Assembly (NCBI GenBank): GCA_964561945.1
Contig: CAZLQM010000004.1
Coordinates: 1 to 63,122 of the forward strand
Direction: 5' to 3'
Source: an uncultured Gammaproteobacteria bacterium
GTDB taxonomy: Bacteria; Patescibacteriota; Microgenomatia; CAYXHB01
DNA length: 63,122 nucleotides
The notes under the pieces are model-generated. The model ran no database searches and was not told where the DNA came from. It saw only the letters and a list, made by a program, of their open reading frames with translations. Below, piece after piece: positions 28,774 to 38,653 of this stretch. The stretch's first letter is position 1. Every line of letters begins with the position of its first letter. Both the position numbers and the translations under genes were made by a program.

Positions 28774-31368
28774 CTAAATCTTCTCCTTAATCCGAGCTAT
28801 CCAGTTCAAAGCCTCAACCGGAGTCATCTCATTTATTTTAATGTCCCTTAATTCATCAATTACTGCCTCTTCTCGTTCACTCTCCAACCCCATCTGCACT
28901 ACCATTTGCGGTTTCTTAATTGCCATTTTTTCCTTACCTTCCAATAAAGACAACACCTCTTTAGCTCGAGTTATTACTTCCTCTGGCAAACCCGCCATTT
29001 CTCCCACAGCTACACCATAACTGTGCGAAGCTCCACCACTCACCACTTTATGCAAAAATATCGGCACCCCCTTATCATCAGCCACAGTCGCCTGATAATT
29101 TACAATCTGCTTATACTCATTCGCCAATTGTTGCAATTCATGATAATGAGTTGCAAATAATGTCAATGGTCCACAATTACTCCATTTTTTCGATACCAAA
29201 TACTCACTTATAGCCCACGCAATACTTATCCCATCAAACGTACTTGTACCTCGCCCAATTTCATCCATCACCACCAAACTTCTCTCTGTCGCATTTGCTA
29301 AAATAGTTGAAGTCTCAACCATTTCCACCATAAAAGTAGACAATCCTTTTCCCATTGCATCGCTTGCACCACTCCTTACAAAAACTCGATCCCCCAACGA
29401 CCATTCCATCTTCTTTGCTGGCACAAAAGATCCCATCTGTGCCATTAATACCAAAATCGCCACTTGTCGCAAATACACAGACTTACCGGCCATGTTTGGA
29501 CCAGTCAAAATTATTACATTTTTATCACAATCCAAACTCACATCATTGGACACAAACCTCCCTTGATTTATCTTTTCTACCACTGGATGTCTACCTTCCT
29601 TGATATTCAAACCTTTACTATTAATCAAAATTGGCCGTACATATCTATTTTTCACTCCAATCTCAGCCAAATTACTTATCACATCAATTACTCCTATCGC
29701 ATGCGAAAACTCTTGTATAACTCGCAAATTATCACTAATCAACGCTACCATTCTCTCATAAATCCTCGATTCAATTACTAATATTTTCTCATCAGCTTCC
29801 AACACTTTAATTTCATGTTTCTTCAAATCATTCGTAATAAATCTCTCACCGTTAACTAACGTTTGTTTCCGTTCATAGTCTTCAGGCACCAAATTCAAAT
29901 TTGCATTACTTATCTCAATATAAAAACCAAACACTCGATTATATTTTACCTTCAGTGAATTAATCCCTGTTCTTTTTCTCTCTTGCTGTTGATACATTTC
30001 TAACCATTCCTTGCCTCCTTTTTTAACTAAACGCAAATCATCCAATTCTTTATCAACACCATCTTTGATTAAACCACCAGATTTTACATCTCCTGCAGGT
30101 TCATCAACCAATATTCTATCCAATTCCTTCCACAAAATACCCAAATTTTTCTCATCTATTTTTTTCACCTGCTCACCCAACAACTCCGTCGCACCTCCCA
30201 ACAACTCTCGTAAAACCAATCCTTCTTTAATCGAATCTCGAATACCCGCCATATCCCGTCCATTCCCCCACCCAGTCAACAACCTTGTGGCCATCCGTTC
30301 TCCATCTCGTATTTTTCCCAAACTTTCTCTTATACTTCTTCGTAAATCACTATTTTTCACCAAACTCCAAACCGCATTAAGCCGTTGATTAATTAGTTCC
30401 TCATCTACCAAAGGCCGTCCCAGCCAATTCCGTAGCAATCTACCACCCATCGAAGTTTTCGTTTCATCCAAAACACTAATCACACTTTCTCCTTTCTCCC
30501 CGCCCAAAACCCCAAACAACTCAAGATTAAGAATCGTCGCCCTATCCAAGTTCATTAACTTATTGTTACCCCATTTACCAATCGCCCGCACCTGAACTGC
30601 AGACTTTTTCTGCGTATACTCCAAATAATCAAGCAAGGCTCCGCTTGCTTCAATTGCCAAATCATCTCTTCCTCTCTCAAGTTCCCATACCTCCAGTGGC
30701 TTACCCAAAACACTTCTTATTTTCTCGCTAGTTTTCGCCACACCACTCTTCCATTCTCTAAACAGAAAAATATTCGCATTCGTATGCAATTTGATAAAAG
30801 CCAATAAATCAGTATTTTCATATATCTTTGCGGGCAATATGCACTCAACAATATTTATGACTCCCAGCTCATTTACCAATCCCGACATTCCATCTCCTAG
30901 TAATTTTTGATTGCACAAAAACTCTCCCGTTCCCGCATCAATCATCGCCATCCCAAAACTTTTCTTCTCTATCACCAAGCTCACAATATAATTAGACCTC
31001 TTCACTTTCTCGACATCTCCCAACATCGTTCCGGCACTCACCACTCTCACGACTTCTCTCTTTACCAATCCAGGTAAATTCGGATCACTAACCTGCTCCG
31101 CAATAGCCACCCTATACCCTTTGCTAATTAATTTTGAAATATATCCCTCAGCAGCATGATACGGCACTCCTGCCATCGCAATCTTGCCATCCTTGCCCTT
31201 GTGTCGACTCGTCAAAGTAATATCCAATATTTTTGCTCCAATCCGAGCATCATCCATAAACATTTCATAAAAATCTCCCAACCTAAAAAACAAAACACAC
31301 TCAGGGTATTGCTCCTTAATCTCCATGTATTGCTTCATCATTGGAGTCGAAAACTCATCACTGCTCAT
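28774..31368 (-). CDS. mutS: DNA mismatch repair protein MutS
   Basis: TPMMKQYMEIKEQYP, FFRLGDFYEMF, Walker A GPNMAGKSVYLRQ, DEIGRGTSTFDG and THYHEL. Start set at the ATG at 31368; a GTG at 31392 is also open. Confidence 0.95.
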   Translation of the reverse strand: MSSDEFSTPMMKQYMEIKEQYPECVLFFRLGDFYEMFMDDARIGAKILDITLTSRHKGKDGKIAMAGVPYHAAEGYISKLISKGYRVAIAEQVSDPNLPGLVKREVVRVVSAGTMLGDVEKVKRSNYIVSLVIEKKSFGMAMIDAGTGEFLCNQKLLGDGMSGLVNELGVINIVECILPAKIYENTDLLAFIKLHTNANIFLFREWKSGVAKTSEKIRSVLGKPLEVWELERGRDDLAIEASGALLDYLEYTQKKSAVQVRAIGKWGNNKLMNLDRATILNLELFGVLGGEKGESVISVLDETKTSMGGRLLRNWLGRPLVDEELINQRLNAVWSLVKNSDLRRSIRESLGKIRDGERMATRLLTGWGNGRDMAGIRDSIKEGLVLRELLGGATELLGEQVKKIDEKNLGILWKELDRILVDEPAGDVKSGGLIKDGVDKELDDLRLVKKGGKEWLEMYQQQERKRTGINSLKVKYNRVFGFYIEISNANLNLVPEDYERKQTLVNGERFITNDLKKHEIKVLEADEKILVIESRIYERMVALISDNLRVIQEFSHAIGVIDVISNLAEIGVKNRYVRPILINSKGLNIKEGRHPVVEKINQGRFVSNDVSLDCDKNVIILTGPNMAGKSVYLRQVAILVLMAQMGSFVPAKKMEWSLGDRVFVRSGASDAMGKGLSTFMVEMVETSTILANATERSLVVMDEIGRGTSTFDGISIAWAISEYLVSKKWSNCGPLTLFATHYHELQQLANEYKQIVNYQATVADDKGVPIFLHKVVSGGASHSYGVAVGEMAGLPEEVITRAKEVLSLLEGKEKMAIKKPQMVVQMGLESEREEAVIDELRDIKINEMTPVEALNWIARIKEKI

Positions 31369-31421
31369 ATTAGGCTCTATCCTACCACGCACTTAACAAA
31401 CAGGAGTACAATCAAAACCAA

Positions 31422-32648
31422 ATGCGATTTAATCGGATTGTAACCGTTTTTTTAGTCCTATTTTTATTTTTTTATTTCTCACAATCTCTCTCAGCCCAAG
31501 ACTCTCCGTCCCCCGTTCAAGTTGAAATTTTTTCTCGCCCAGATTGTAGCCACTGCCAAAAACTAGAACTTTTCCTCCAAGATCTAAGCCAACAGCCGAC
31601 ACCACCTAACTTCAAATACACCCAATACAATATCTACGACCCAAATAATCTTCAACTTTTTCAAAAATTTACATCTCAAAACAACTTACCTCAAGCCACT
31701 CCCATTATTCTCATCGGTCAAACTATTCTTCAAGGATTCGACCGTCCCTCAACTACAGGTCAAACAATCATCGATCTTATTCAAAGTAACCAAACTACTC
31801 CTAGAACTACTTTTCAATCTCATCTTTCAGAGGCTAACACAAACCTCTATCTCTCCACATCCAAGATCCAAACACCAACACCAAACACCACTCCACCATC
31901 TTATTACCTCACCATTCCCCTAACTAATCATCACATCAATGTCATGCAATACTCTCTTCCATCAATGTCATTTATTCTTGGATTAATTGATGGCTTTAAC
32001 CCTTGCGCTATGTGGGTCTTAATCTCCTTTGTCATCATTCTCTCCCAACTTGGATCGCGCAAAAAAATGATTCTCTTTTCTACTATTTTCATTTTGGCCG
32101 AAACCATCATGTACTATCTCATTCTCACTCTTTGGTTTAATACTTGGAACTTCATTGGGCTAGACAATATTATCACTCCTGTCGTGGGCATCATTGCCAT
32201 TGGTGGAGGTCTGTTTTTCCTCTATGAATACCGCAATTCTGACGGTCAATGCAAAATCACCAACCTCAAACAAAGAACCCAAACCACCAACAAAATCAAA
32301 ACCCTCGCGACCCAACCCTTAACCTTCTTAACCATACTTGGCATCATCACCATTGCTTTTTCAGTCAATATCGTCGAATTTGCCTGTTCTATCGGCATCC
32401 CTCAAGCCTTTACCAAAATACTTGAACTCAAACAACTCTCACCTCTCATAAATCACCTTTACATCACCATTTACATCTTTGGCTACATGCTTGATGATTT
32501 TCTAATTTTTGGTCTGGCCATTTTCAGTTTTGAAAAAATTGGTCTTACCACCAAATACTCTAAAATATGCCAACTCATTGGTGGCCTCATCATGATCACT
32601 CTTGGTTTAATTATGATCTTCAAACCCCAACTCCTCCAAAATTTTTAA
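31422..32648 (+). CDS. thioredoxin/glutaredoxin-fold domain fused to a CcdA/DsbD-like membrane domain
   Basis: Signal peptide, then a CxxC motif (PDCSHCQKLELFL), then a multi-TM region with the DsbD/CcdA-type motif LIDGFNPCAMWVL. Confidence 0.55.
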   Translation: MRFNRIVTVFLVLFLFFYFSQSLSAQDSPSPVQVEIFSRPDCSHCQKLELFLQDLSQQPTPPNFKYTQYNIYDPNNLQLFQKFTSQNNLPQATPIILIGQTILQGFDRPSTTGQTIIDLIQSNQTTPRTTFQSHLSEANTNLYLSTSKIQTPTPNTTPPSYYLTIPLTNHHINVMQYSLPSMSFILGLIDGFNPCAMWVLISFVIILSQLGSRKKMILFSTIFILAETIMYYLILTLWFNTWNFIGLDNIITPVVGIIAIGGGLFFLYEYRNSDGQCKITNLKQRTQTTNKIKTLATQPLTFLTILGIITIAFSVNIVEFACSIGIPQAFTKILELKQLSPLINHLYITIYIFGYMLDDFLIFGLAIFSFEKIGLTTKYSKICQLIGGLIMITLGLIMIFKPQLLQNF

Positions 32649-32723
32649 TTTATAATTAAAATCTCAAACCACCAAAAAAGGCAACTAAATATAGTTGCCT
32701 CTTCTGAGAAGTTAGACAAAAGT

Positions 32724-33344
32724 CTACCAACGGCTACCACCTCGGTCGCCACCTCCTCGGTAACCACCTCGGTCGCTTCCACCGCCACCTCCTCGGTAAC
32801 CACCTCGGTCACCGCCACCACCGCCTCGGTAACCGCCTCGGTCTCCTCCGCCACGGTTATATCCGCCACGGTCTCCACCTCCTCGATAACCTCCACGATC
32901 TCCGCCACCACCGAATTCACGGCGTTCTGGCTTTGGTTGAGCAATATTAACTTGCATTGGCCTATCAGCCAAAACATAATTGTTAAATTGTTTAACAGCA
33001 GCTTCAGCTTCACTTGGGCTTGAAAATTCTACAAATCCAAATCCCTTGGACCAATCCTGTTTGAATTTGTCCATGATAATGACAGCATCAACAACTTTAC
33101 CAACTTGCGAAAATAATTCTCGCAAATCTTCAGCTCTTACAGTGTATGCAAGATTACCGACATAAAGTTTGGCATTGTTAGATCCCGCAGATTGCGCTAC
33201 CGCATCTTGGTCACCAGCCATACCACGTTGTGTTTCTTCGTCTACAGTCATGTCATCTGACACAACTCCATCGTCAGCTACAACAGTTCCATTGTCATCA
33301 GCTACTACTACTTCATCTTCTTCTTGAGTGTTTGTATCGTTCAT
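32724..33344 (-). CDS. RRM-type RNA-binding protein with an acidic N-terminus and an RGG-repeat tail
   Basis: RNP-2 is LYVGNL and RNP-1 is KGFGFVEF. The tail carries six GDRGGY(R/N)-type repeats. GGAGG lies 11 nt upstream of the ATG at 33344; the track GTG at 33356 lies inside the SD. Confidence 0.9.
   Translation of the reverse strand: MNDTNTQEEDEVVVADDNGTVVADDGVVSDDMTVDEETQRGMAGDQDAVAQSAGSNNAKLYVGNLAYTVRAEDLRELFSQVGKVVDAVIIMDKFKQDWSKGFGFVEFSSPSEAEAAVKQFNNYVLADRPMQVNIAQPKPERREFGGGGDRGGYRGGGDRGGYNRGGGDRGGYRGGGGGDRGGYRGGGGGSDRGGYRGGGDRGGSRW
32727..32912 (-). repeat. in-frame tandem repeats encoding the (G)nDRGGYRGG tail
   Basis: Repeated cctcggtaacc/acctcggtc units on the + strand. The protein tail reads GGGGDRGGYRGGGDRGGYNRGGGDRGGYRGGGGGDRGGYRGGGGGSDRGGYRGGGDRGGSRW. 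Confidence 0.85.
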
Positions 33345-33527
33345 GAAAAAAGTCACCTCCTCCCCAATCCTCTTCTGTCAACTTTCCTCTCCAATGTTAA
33401 TTTCGATGCCGAAAGCTCTCCAAAACTAAAAGATTGTAATCTTATTATATCACAACCTGCCTCTTGCTCCTGAGCAATTAGTTAGATAAGCTAAATATGC
33501 GCACATCTATCACCACCAATTCTGCCC

Positions 33528-35207
33528 ATGAATCAATCAATCGCCTATTTTTCGATGGAAATCGGACTAACCCAAGAGATTCCCACTTACAGTGGCGGTT
33601 TGGGGATTCTCGCTGGAGACACCATCAAATCCGCAGCTGATCTTTCCATCCCCATGGTGGCCGTCACCCTCCTCTACCACAAAGGCTATTTTAGTCAATC
33701 TTTCACATCCGACCACCGCCAACAATCTCAAGAAACCATTTGGGATCCCAAATCCAAACTCGAACTTCTCCCCAATAGAGTTACAGTCGAAATTGAAGGA
33801 CGCACCGTCCACCTCCAAGCTTGGCAATACCAAGTCAAAGGTGTCAAAGGTCACGAAGTCCCCGTTATCTTCCTAGACTCACACCTCCCCGAAAACTCAC
33901 AATACGACCAAACTCTAACTGATAACCTCTATGGCGGTGACCATTGGTATCGCATGTGTCAAGAAATTGTCCTTGGCATCGGAGGTCTCCGCATGCTCAA
34001 AAATCTCGGTCTTAATATAACCAAATATCACATGAATGAGGGCCATGCGGCCTTCTTAGTCCTAGAACTCAATCGTCTTTATCGTGACCTCATGAACAAG
34101 ACTACTTGCGATCACGAATGCGTTATCTCAATCAAGAAAAACTGCGTCTTCACCACTCACACTCCTGTTCCCGCAGGCCACGACATGTTCGAACTCGAAT
34201 GGGTCCATCGAGCCTTAGGACCTGATTACTCAATTGACAATCTCAACTGTCTTCAGGATGACAAACTCAACATGACTCTCCTTGCCATGAATCACTCAGC
34301 CTACACTAACGGAGTGGCCAAGAAACATGGCGAAGTCTCATCCCAAATGTTTCCTGGCTACGAAATCAATGCCATCACCAATGGAGTCCATGCCAACACT
34401 TGGATTTGCGACCCATTCCAAAACTTGTTCGATCAATATATCGAAGGTTGGCGCGAAGACAATTTTATGCTCCGATACGCACTCAATATTCCAGATCGAG
34501 ACGTTTGGCATGCTCATGAAACCGCCAAATCTACTCTCATAGACTACATCAACCAACAAACCGATGCTAAATTCAAGAAAGACGTTCTCACCATCGGCTT
34601 TGCCCGTCGCTTCGCAGTCTACAAAAGAGCTGATCTCATTTTCTATGATATTGACCGTCTCATCAAAATTAGCCAAACAGTTGGCGAGCTACAAATTGTC
34701 ATGGCAGGCAAAGCCCACCCTCACGACAACCAAGGCATCGATAAACTCAAATACATCCTCGACCTCATGACAACCCAAAAAAACAACATCCGCCTAATTT
34801 TCCTTCCCAGCTACGAAATAAACATCGCCAAACTTTTAGTTTCAGGAGCAGACATCTGGCTCAACACCCCCATGCGTCCGTATGAAGCCTCAGGCACTTC
34901 AGGCATGAAAGCTACTCTTAACGGAGTTCTTAATTTCTCAGTTCTTGATGGCTGGTGGATCGAGGGATGGGTCGAAAGTGTTACCGGCTGGGCCATCGGG
35001 CCTATGCCTACCAACATGATTGCCGACGATGCTTCACAAGACGACGAAGATCTCTACGAAAAACTCAAACACAAAATCATTCCCACCTATTACCAAGATC
35101 GTTCCCACTGGATTTATATGATGAAACACTCAATCTCTCACAACGGCGCCTTCTTTAACACCCAAAGAATGGTTAGCCAATACCTCACCAATAGTTGGAT
35201 GGTTTAA
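33528..35207 (+). CDS. alpha-glucan (glycogen/maltodextrin) phosphorylase, short GT35 type
   Basis: AYFSMEIGL...YSGGLGILAGD, TTHTPVPAGHD and the PLP-lysine motif EASGTSGMKA. 559 aa. Confidence 0.9.
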   Translation: MNQSIAYFSMEIGLTQEIPTYSGGLGILAGDTIKSAADLSIPMVAVTLLYHKGYFSQSFTSDHRQQSQETIWDPKSKLELLPNRVTVEIEGRTVHLQAWQYQVKGVKGHEVPVIFLDSHLPENSQYDQTLTDNLYGGDHWYRMCQEIVLGIGGLRMLKNLGLNITKYHMNEGHAAFLVLELNRLYRDLMNKTTCDHECVISIKKNCVFTTHTPVPAGHDMFELEWVHRALGPDYSIDNLNCLQDDKLNMTLLAMNHSAYTNGVAKKHGEVSSQMFPGYEINAITNGVHANTWICDPFQNLFDQYIEGWREDNFMLRYALNIPDRDVWHAHETAKSTLIDYINQQTDAKFKKDVLTIGFARRFAVYKRADLIFYDIDRLIKISQTVGELQIVMAGKAHPHDNQGIDKLKYILDLMTTQKNNIRLIFLPSYEINIAKLLVSGADIWLNTPMRPYEASGTSGMKATLNGVLNFSVLDGWWIEGWVESVTGWAIGPMPTNMIADDASQDDEDLYEKLKHKIIPTYYQDRSHWIYMMKHSISHNGAFFNTQRMVSQYLTNSWMV

Positions 35208-36649
35208 TCATTTATTTTCTTCAATCTTTCATACATCACTCGCGCCTGCTGATAATTAACTACCCATCCATTGTTAATAATACTGCGATAAAAACCTGTT
35301 CTGTATATTCTTCCACTGGGTCGTAACACCTCAGGATAACCTTGATTCTCCTCCATTATTTTGCAATACATATCCAAATAAATTCCTGACTTCTCCAAAT
35401 AATCCTTCTCTTTCGTAACTTCATACAAACCCAATAATAGCTTTATATACTCAATTCCCCAATGACTCCAAATCGCCCTTGATCCATACCATTTAGCCCC
35501 CAATCTAACTGGCCAATGCAGTTGCTCTAACCTCAAGTCATGATGATACGCAAGGGGCACCGGTTTATCTAACTTCATTTCTTCCATTTTATTTACCGCC
35601 CTTTTTAACATTTCTACATCTCGTTTATCTTTAACAGACAGCATTCCCGTCTGCACCCCAATCAACCAATCCGACGAATACCGACTCTCTCCTTCCGACT
35701 CTTCTCTCCACCAATTATTATCCTCATCCCAGTACTTCTCAATCAATCTTTCTTTATATTCATTCCAATAATCGCTCCCCATATCCCCCACTCCAAGCCT
35801 ATCAGCTAGCATTCCTGTTGCCCATACCATTACCGCATCATAAAAAGCACTTCTCCTCTTAGCCATATCCTTCGTCCCCGATAAATACAAATCATTTCTC
35901 ACCCATCCAGTTTCCCGATCAACCACCCTAGCATAATATCTCTTCCAATGCCTACGCAAACTACTCCTATATTTCTCTACCAATTCATCACTCACATCTT
36001 GCGTTTTTAATTTATATTTACTATTTTCTTTATCTTCACGCCTCATACTATCTAGCGCAAATAAAATACTGTACAACGAATCACTCGGATATGCATATAT
36101 TTGTAATGGCACAACACCAGATCCTCCAACAGGCACCAACGTGGTAAACATATCTTCACACTTGCTAGCCGCTTCCAAAACCAGAATGGTTGTTTTGAGA
36201 TAAACCAATTGCCTCCATTCCCAATCATCTTGATTCAAAGCTGTTCGCGCGTCCAACAAACTGGCATAAAAAATCCCCAAAGACCTTACATACAACACAC
36301 TAAAATGATCACCACTAATCAAAAAAGGTGTCTTCTCTCCAAACCTTAACTTATGAATCTTAGCAATAATCTCATCATGATCCATTCGCACCTTTCTCGG
36401 ACGAGGCACTTTAACCACTCCGGCCAAAATATGCCAACCTGCCTTAAATAATGCCACATTATTCCAGTACCAATTAGCTCTCACATCAACCCGAGGATAA
36501 GTCACAATTCTCCACTGTCTTCCACTTCTCTCAATCTCCATCCTCCACCCAACTCGTGACCACCTCATAAACGGATTCGTAAACCGAGCATACAGCCCCA
36601 AGGCCACCCCCATCGACCCCAAAGTTCTACCTACCAAATCCATATCCAT
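35204..36649 (-). CDS. hypothetical protein (possibly glycoside-hydrolase-like; function not supported by motifs)
   Basis: 481-aa W/Y/D/E-rich soluble protein, convergent with the phosphorylase; the two stop codons overlap in TTAA. No catalytic motif recognised. Confidence 0.5.
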   Translation of the reverse strand: MDMDLVGRTLGSMGVALGLYARFTNPFMRWSRVGWRMEIERSGRQWRIVTYPRVDVRANWYWNNVALFKAGWHILAGVVKVPRPRKVRMDHDEIIAKIHKLRFGEKTPFLISGDHFSVLYVRSLGIFYASLLDARTALNQDDWEWRQLVYLKTTILVLEAASKCEDMFTTLVPVGGSGVVPLQIYAYPSDSLYSILFALDSMRREDKENSKYKLKTQDVSDELVEKYRSSLRRHWKRYYARVVDRETGWVRNDLYLSGTKDMAKRRSAFYDAVMVWATGMLADRLGVGDMGSDYWNEYKERLIEKYWDEDNNWWREESEGESRYSSDWLIGVQTGMLSVKDKRDVEMLKRAVNKMEEMKLDKPVPLAYHHDLRLEQLHWPVRLGAKWYGSRAIWSHWGIEYIKLLLGLYEVTKEKDYLEKSGIYLDMYCKIMEENQGYPEVLRPSGRIYRTGFYRSIINNGWVVNYQQARVMYERLKKIND

Positions 36650-36677
36650 AGCTCATCTTACTACAAACATTCTCATC

Positions 36678-37142
36678 TCAATAGTTCCTCTCTAACGCCA
36701 ACAAATACTCTTTTCTCCACAACTCTCCACTATATCCACCCATCATCCCATTCGATCTCACAACTCGATGACACGGCCCCACTATCACTACTGGATTACA
36801 TCCGCAAGCCCGTCCCACAGCTCGAGCTCCACCCTTACAATTTATTAGCTTTGCAATCTCTCCATAACTCATAGTTATTCCATAAGGAATCTTCGCCATC
36901 ACCTGCCACACATTCTTTTGAAACTTACTCCCTCTTAATTCTAAAGGTAAACTAAATCCCTGACGCACACCCTCCAAATATTCATTTATCTCAGTTTTTG
37001 CTTGTATCACTATCCGATCATTTCTCCCATCTCCACCCTTTTCCTCAATTGCCCCAAATCCAATCCCAACAATTTTTCCATTCTCTACTTCAACCCACAT
37101 AACTCCAATTTTAGTCTCGAAATTACTTCTCATACCAATCAT
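36678..37142 (-). CDS. ogt: methylated-DNA--protein-cysteine methyltransferase
   Basis: Active site VGPCHRVV, plus VWQVMAKIPYGITMSYGEIA. Its ATG overlaps the upstream gene's TGA (ATGA). Confidence 0.9.
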   Translation of the reverse strand: MIGMRSNFETKIGVMWVEVENGKIVGIGFGAIEEKGGDGRNDRIVIQAKTEINEYLEGVRQGFSLPLELRGSKFQKNVWQVMAKIPYGITMSYGEIAKLINCKGGARAVGRACGCNPVVIVGPCHRVVRSNGMMGGYSGELWRKEYLLALERNY

Positions 37143-37897
37143 CTTTTAACAGCTACTATTGCCATAAACAATGGAATCTCAGCTCTCGCTCTATTTTCCA
37201 TTTTCGCAGCCCTGCCTTCACTTTGCTTATCACTCGTCCATTCCTCAATTAACTCAATTACAAGCCCTGCACTCGCCAAAGCTTGGGAGTAATAACTAAT
37301 CGGTACATGATAAGACCATGTCAAACCGCTCTTCTCCTGACTAGGGTGCATTGTAATCGGTATTTCCAACGGTTCCAAATAACGATTCACGTATCGATAT
37401 TGAATCTTGTTTGGATGCTCTCCCCATCCACTTTGTCGTGGAATTCTAAATGCTGGATGATTCAAAACTATCACCAATCTCCCATTCTGTTCCAAAGAAG
37501 CCGCCATATTACTAATTACCCGATCTTGCCTTTGCATATTTTGTAACGCCAATACACAGCTTACATGAGTAAATAACTCCTCTTGCCTTAAGTTCTCACC
37601 ATTGCCCACAACATACGAATGCTCCACTCCTTCATCCAATTCCTTAGCATAAGCAATTAACGACTTAGATATATCTACTCCTACATACTTCATCTCAGAA
37701 TCTACGGCTCTGCCCAAAACTCCTTGTCCGCACCCTACATCCAACAGGCTACTTGATTGATCCAATTTCAACAATCTCAAAACTCCAGGAATAACTATCT
37801 GCTGATGATAGTAATGCCCCGATCTACCTACCGATTTATTATAATGTCGACTATCTTTCTCCCACGATGTATTTCTTCTACCTCTCCTGTGATTCAT
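37139..37897 (-). CDS. class I SAM-dependent methyltransferase
   Basis: Motif I is LLDVGCGQGVLG, with GRLVIVLNHP also present. Start set at the ATG at 37897 (MNHRRG); the track start at 37915 is TTG. Confidence 0.85.
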   Translation of the reverse strand: MNHRRGRRNTSWEKDSRHYNKSVGRSGHYYHQQIVIPGVLRLLKLDQSSSLLDVGCGQGVLGRAVDSEMKYVGVDISKSLIAYAKELDEGVEHSYVVGNGENLRQEELFTHVSCVLALQNMQRQDRVISNMAASLEQNGRLVIVLNHPAFRIPRQSGWGEHPNKIQYRYVNRYLEPLEIPITMHPSQEKSGLTWSYHVPISYYSQALASAGLVIELIEEWTSDKQSEGRAAKMENRARAEIPLFMAIVAVKR

Positions 37898-37966
37898 ACT
37901 CCCAAGTATAACCAAAAATTAATTATCCTGCTTGCCATTAATCCAATAATCGTCCAAAATCAACCA

Positions 37967-38653
37967 ATGCTAAATTTTCAATTCATATCCCAAACCATTG
38001 CCTGGCTCGAAAACCTCGCCACTCAAATATCTCCTCCTTATTTCGTATTCATCGGCTCACTAGCAGAAGAAATCATCTCCCCCATCCCTTCACCTCTAGT
38101 CCTCACCCTTGCAGGCTCGATCTCAGCCACCCAAGACAAACCCCATCTTTACCTAATCATACTTGCACTAGTCGGTAGCCTCGCCAAAACTCTTGCATCC
38201 TGGATTTTCTATGTTTTTGCGGACAAGATTGAAGACATCTTCAGTGGTCGCTGGGCCAAGTTTCTAGGTATAAATAAACACCAAATTGAAAAAATCGGCA
38301 CCTCCCTCAATCAATACAAACAAAAAACTCTCATCCTCACCCTAATCCGTGCCTTTCCTGCATCTCCCAGTCTCCCTATATCACTAGTTTGTGGTTTTAT
38401 CAAAATTGATCTCAAATCCTATCTCTTTTCTACTTACATAGGCTATACCCTCAGAAATATATTCTACCTCTACGTCGGCTATCTAGGCATCACATCTATC
38501 ACATCACAACTTGATAGCCTCCAAAGCATCATCAAACTTGGTTTCGTAATTATCTCCATTGCTATTATCATTTACCTATATTACTTAAGAAGCCAAGGCA
38601 AAACCTTCACTTCTCTCTTCAAATCCACATCTCAAAACAACTCCAATGATTAA
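37967..38653 (+). CDS. DedA/VTT-like membrane protein (tentative)
   Basis: Start trimmed to the ATG at 37967. EEIISPIPSPLVLTLAGS resembles the DedA N-terminal motif. Multi-TM. Confidence 0.4.
   Translation: MLNFQFISQTIAWLENLATQISPPYFVFIGSLAEEIISPIPSPLVLTLAGSISATQDKPHLYLIILALVGSLAKTLASWIFYVFADKIEDIFSGRWAKFLGINKHQIEKIGTSLNQYKQKTLILTLIRAFPASPSLPISLVCGFIKIDLKSYLFSTYIGYTLRNIFYLYVGYLGITSITSQLDSLQSIIKLGFVIISIAIIIYLYYLRSQGKTFTSLFKSTSQNNSND

Noticed and set aside
32645-33013. ORF 32645-33013 (-), encoding a V/E/A/T-rich repeat protein.
   Set aside because: It is an alternative frame of the RGG-repeat tail of the RRM gene, which has RNP motifs and a strong SD. The repeat keeps several frames open.
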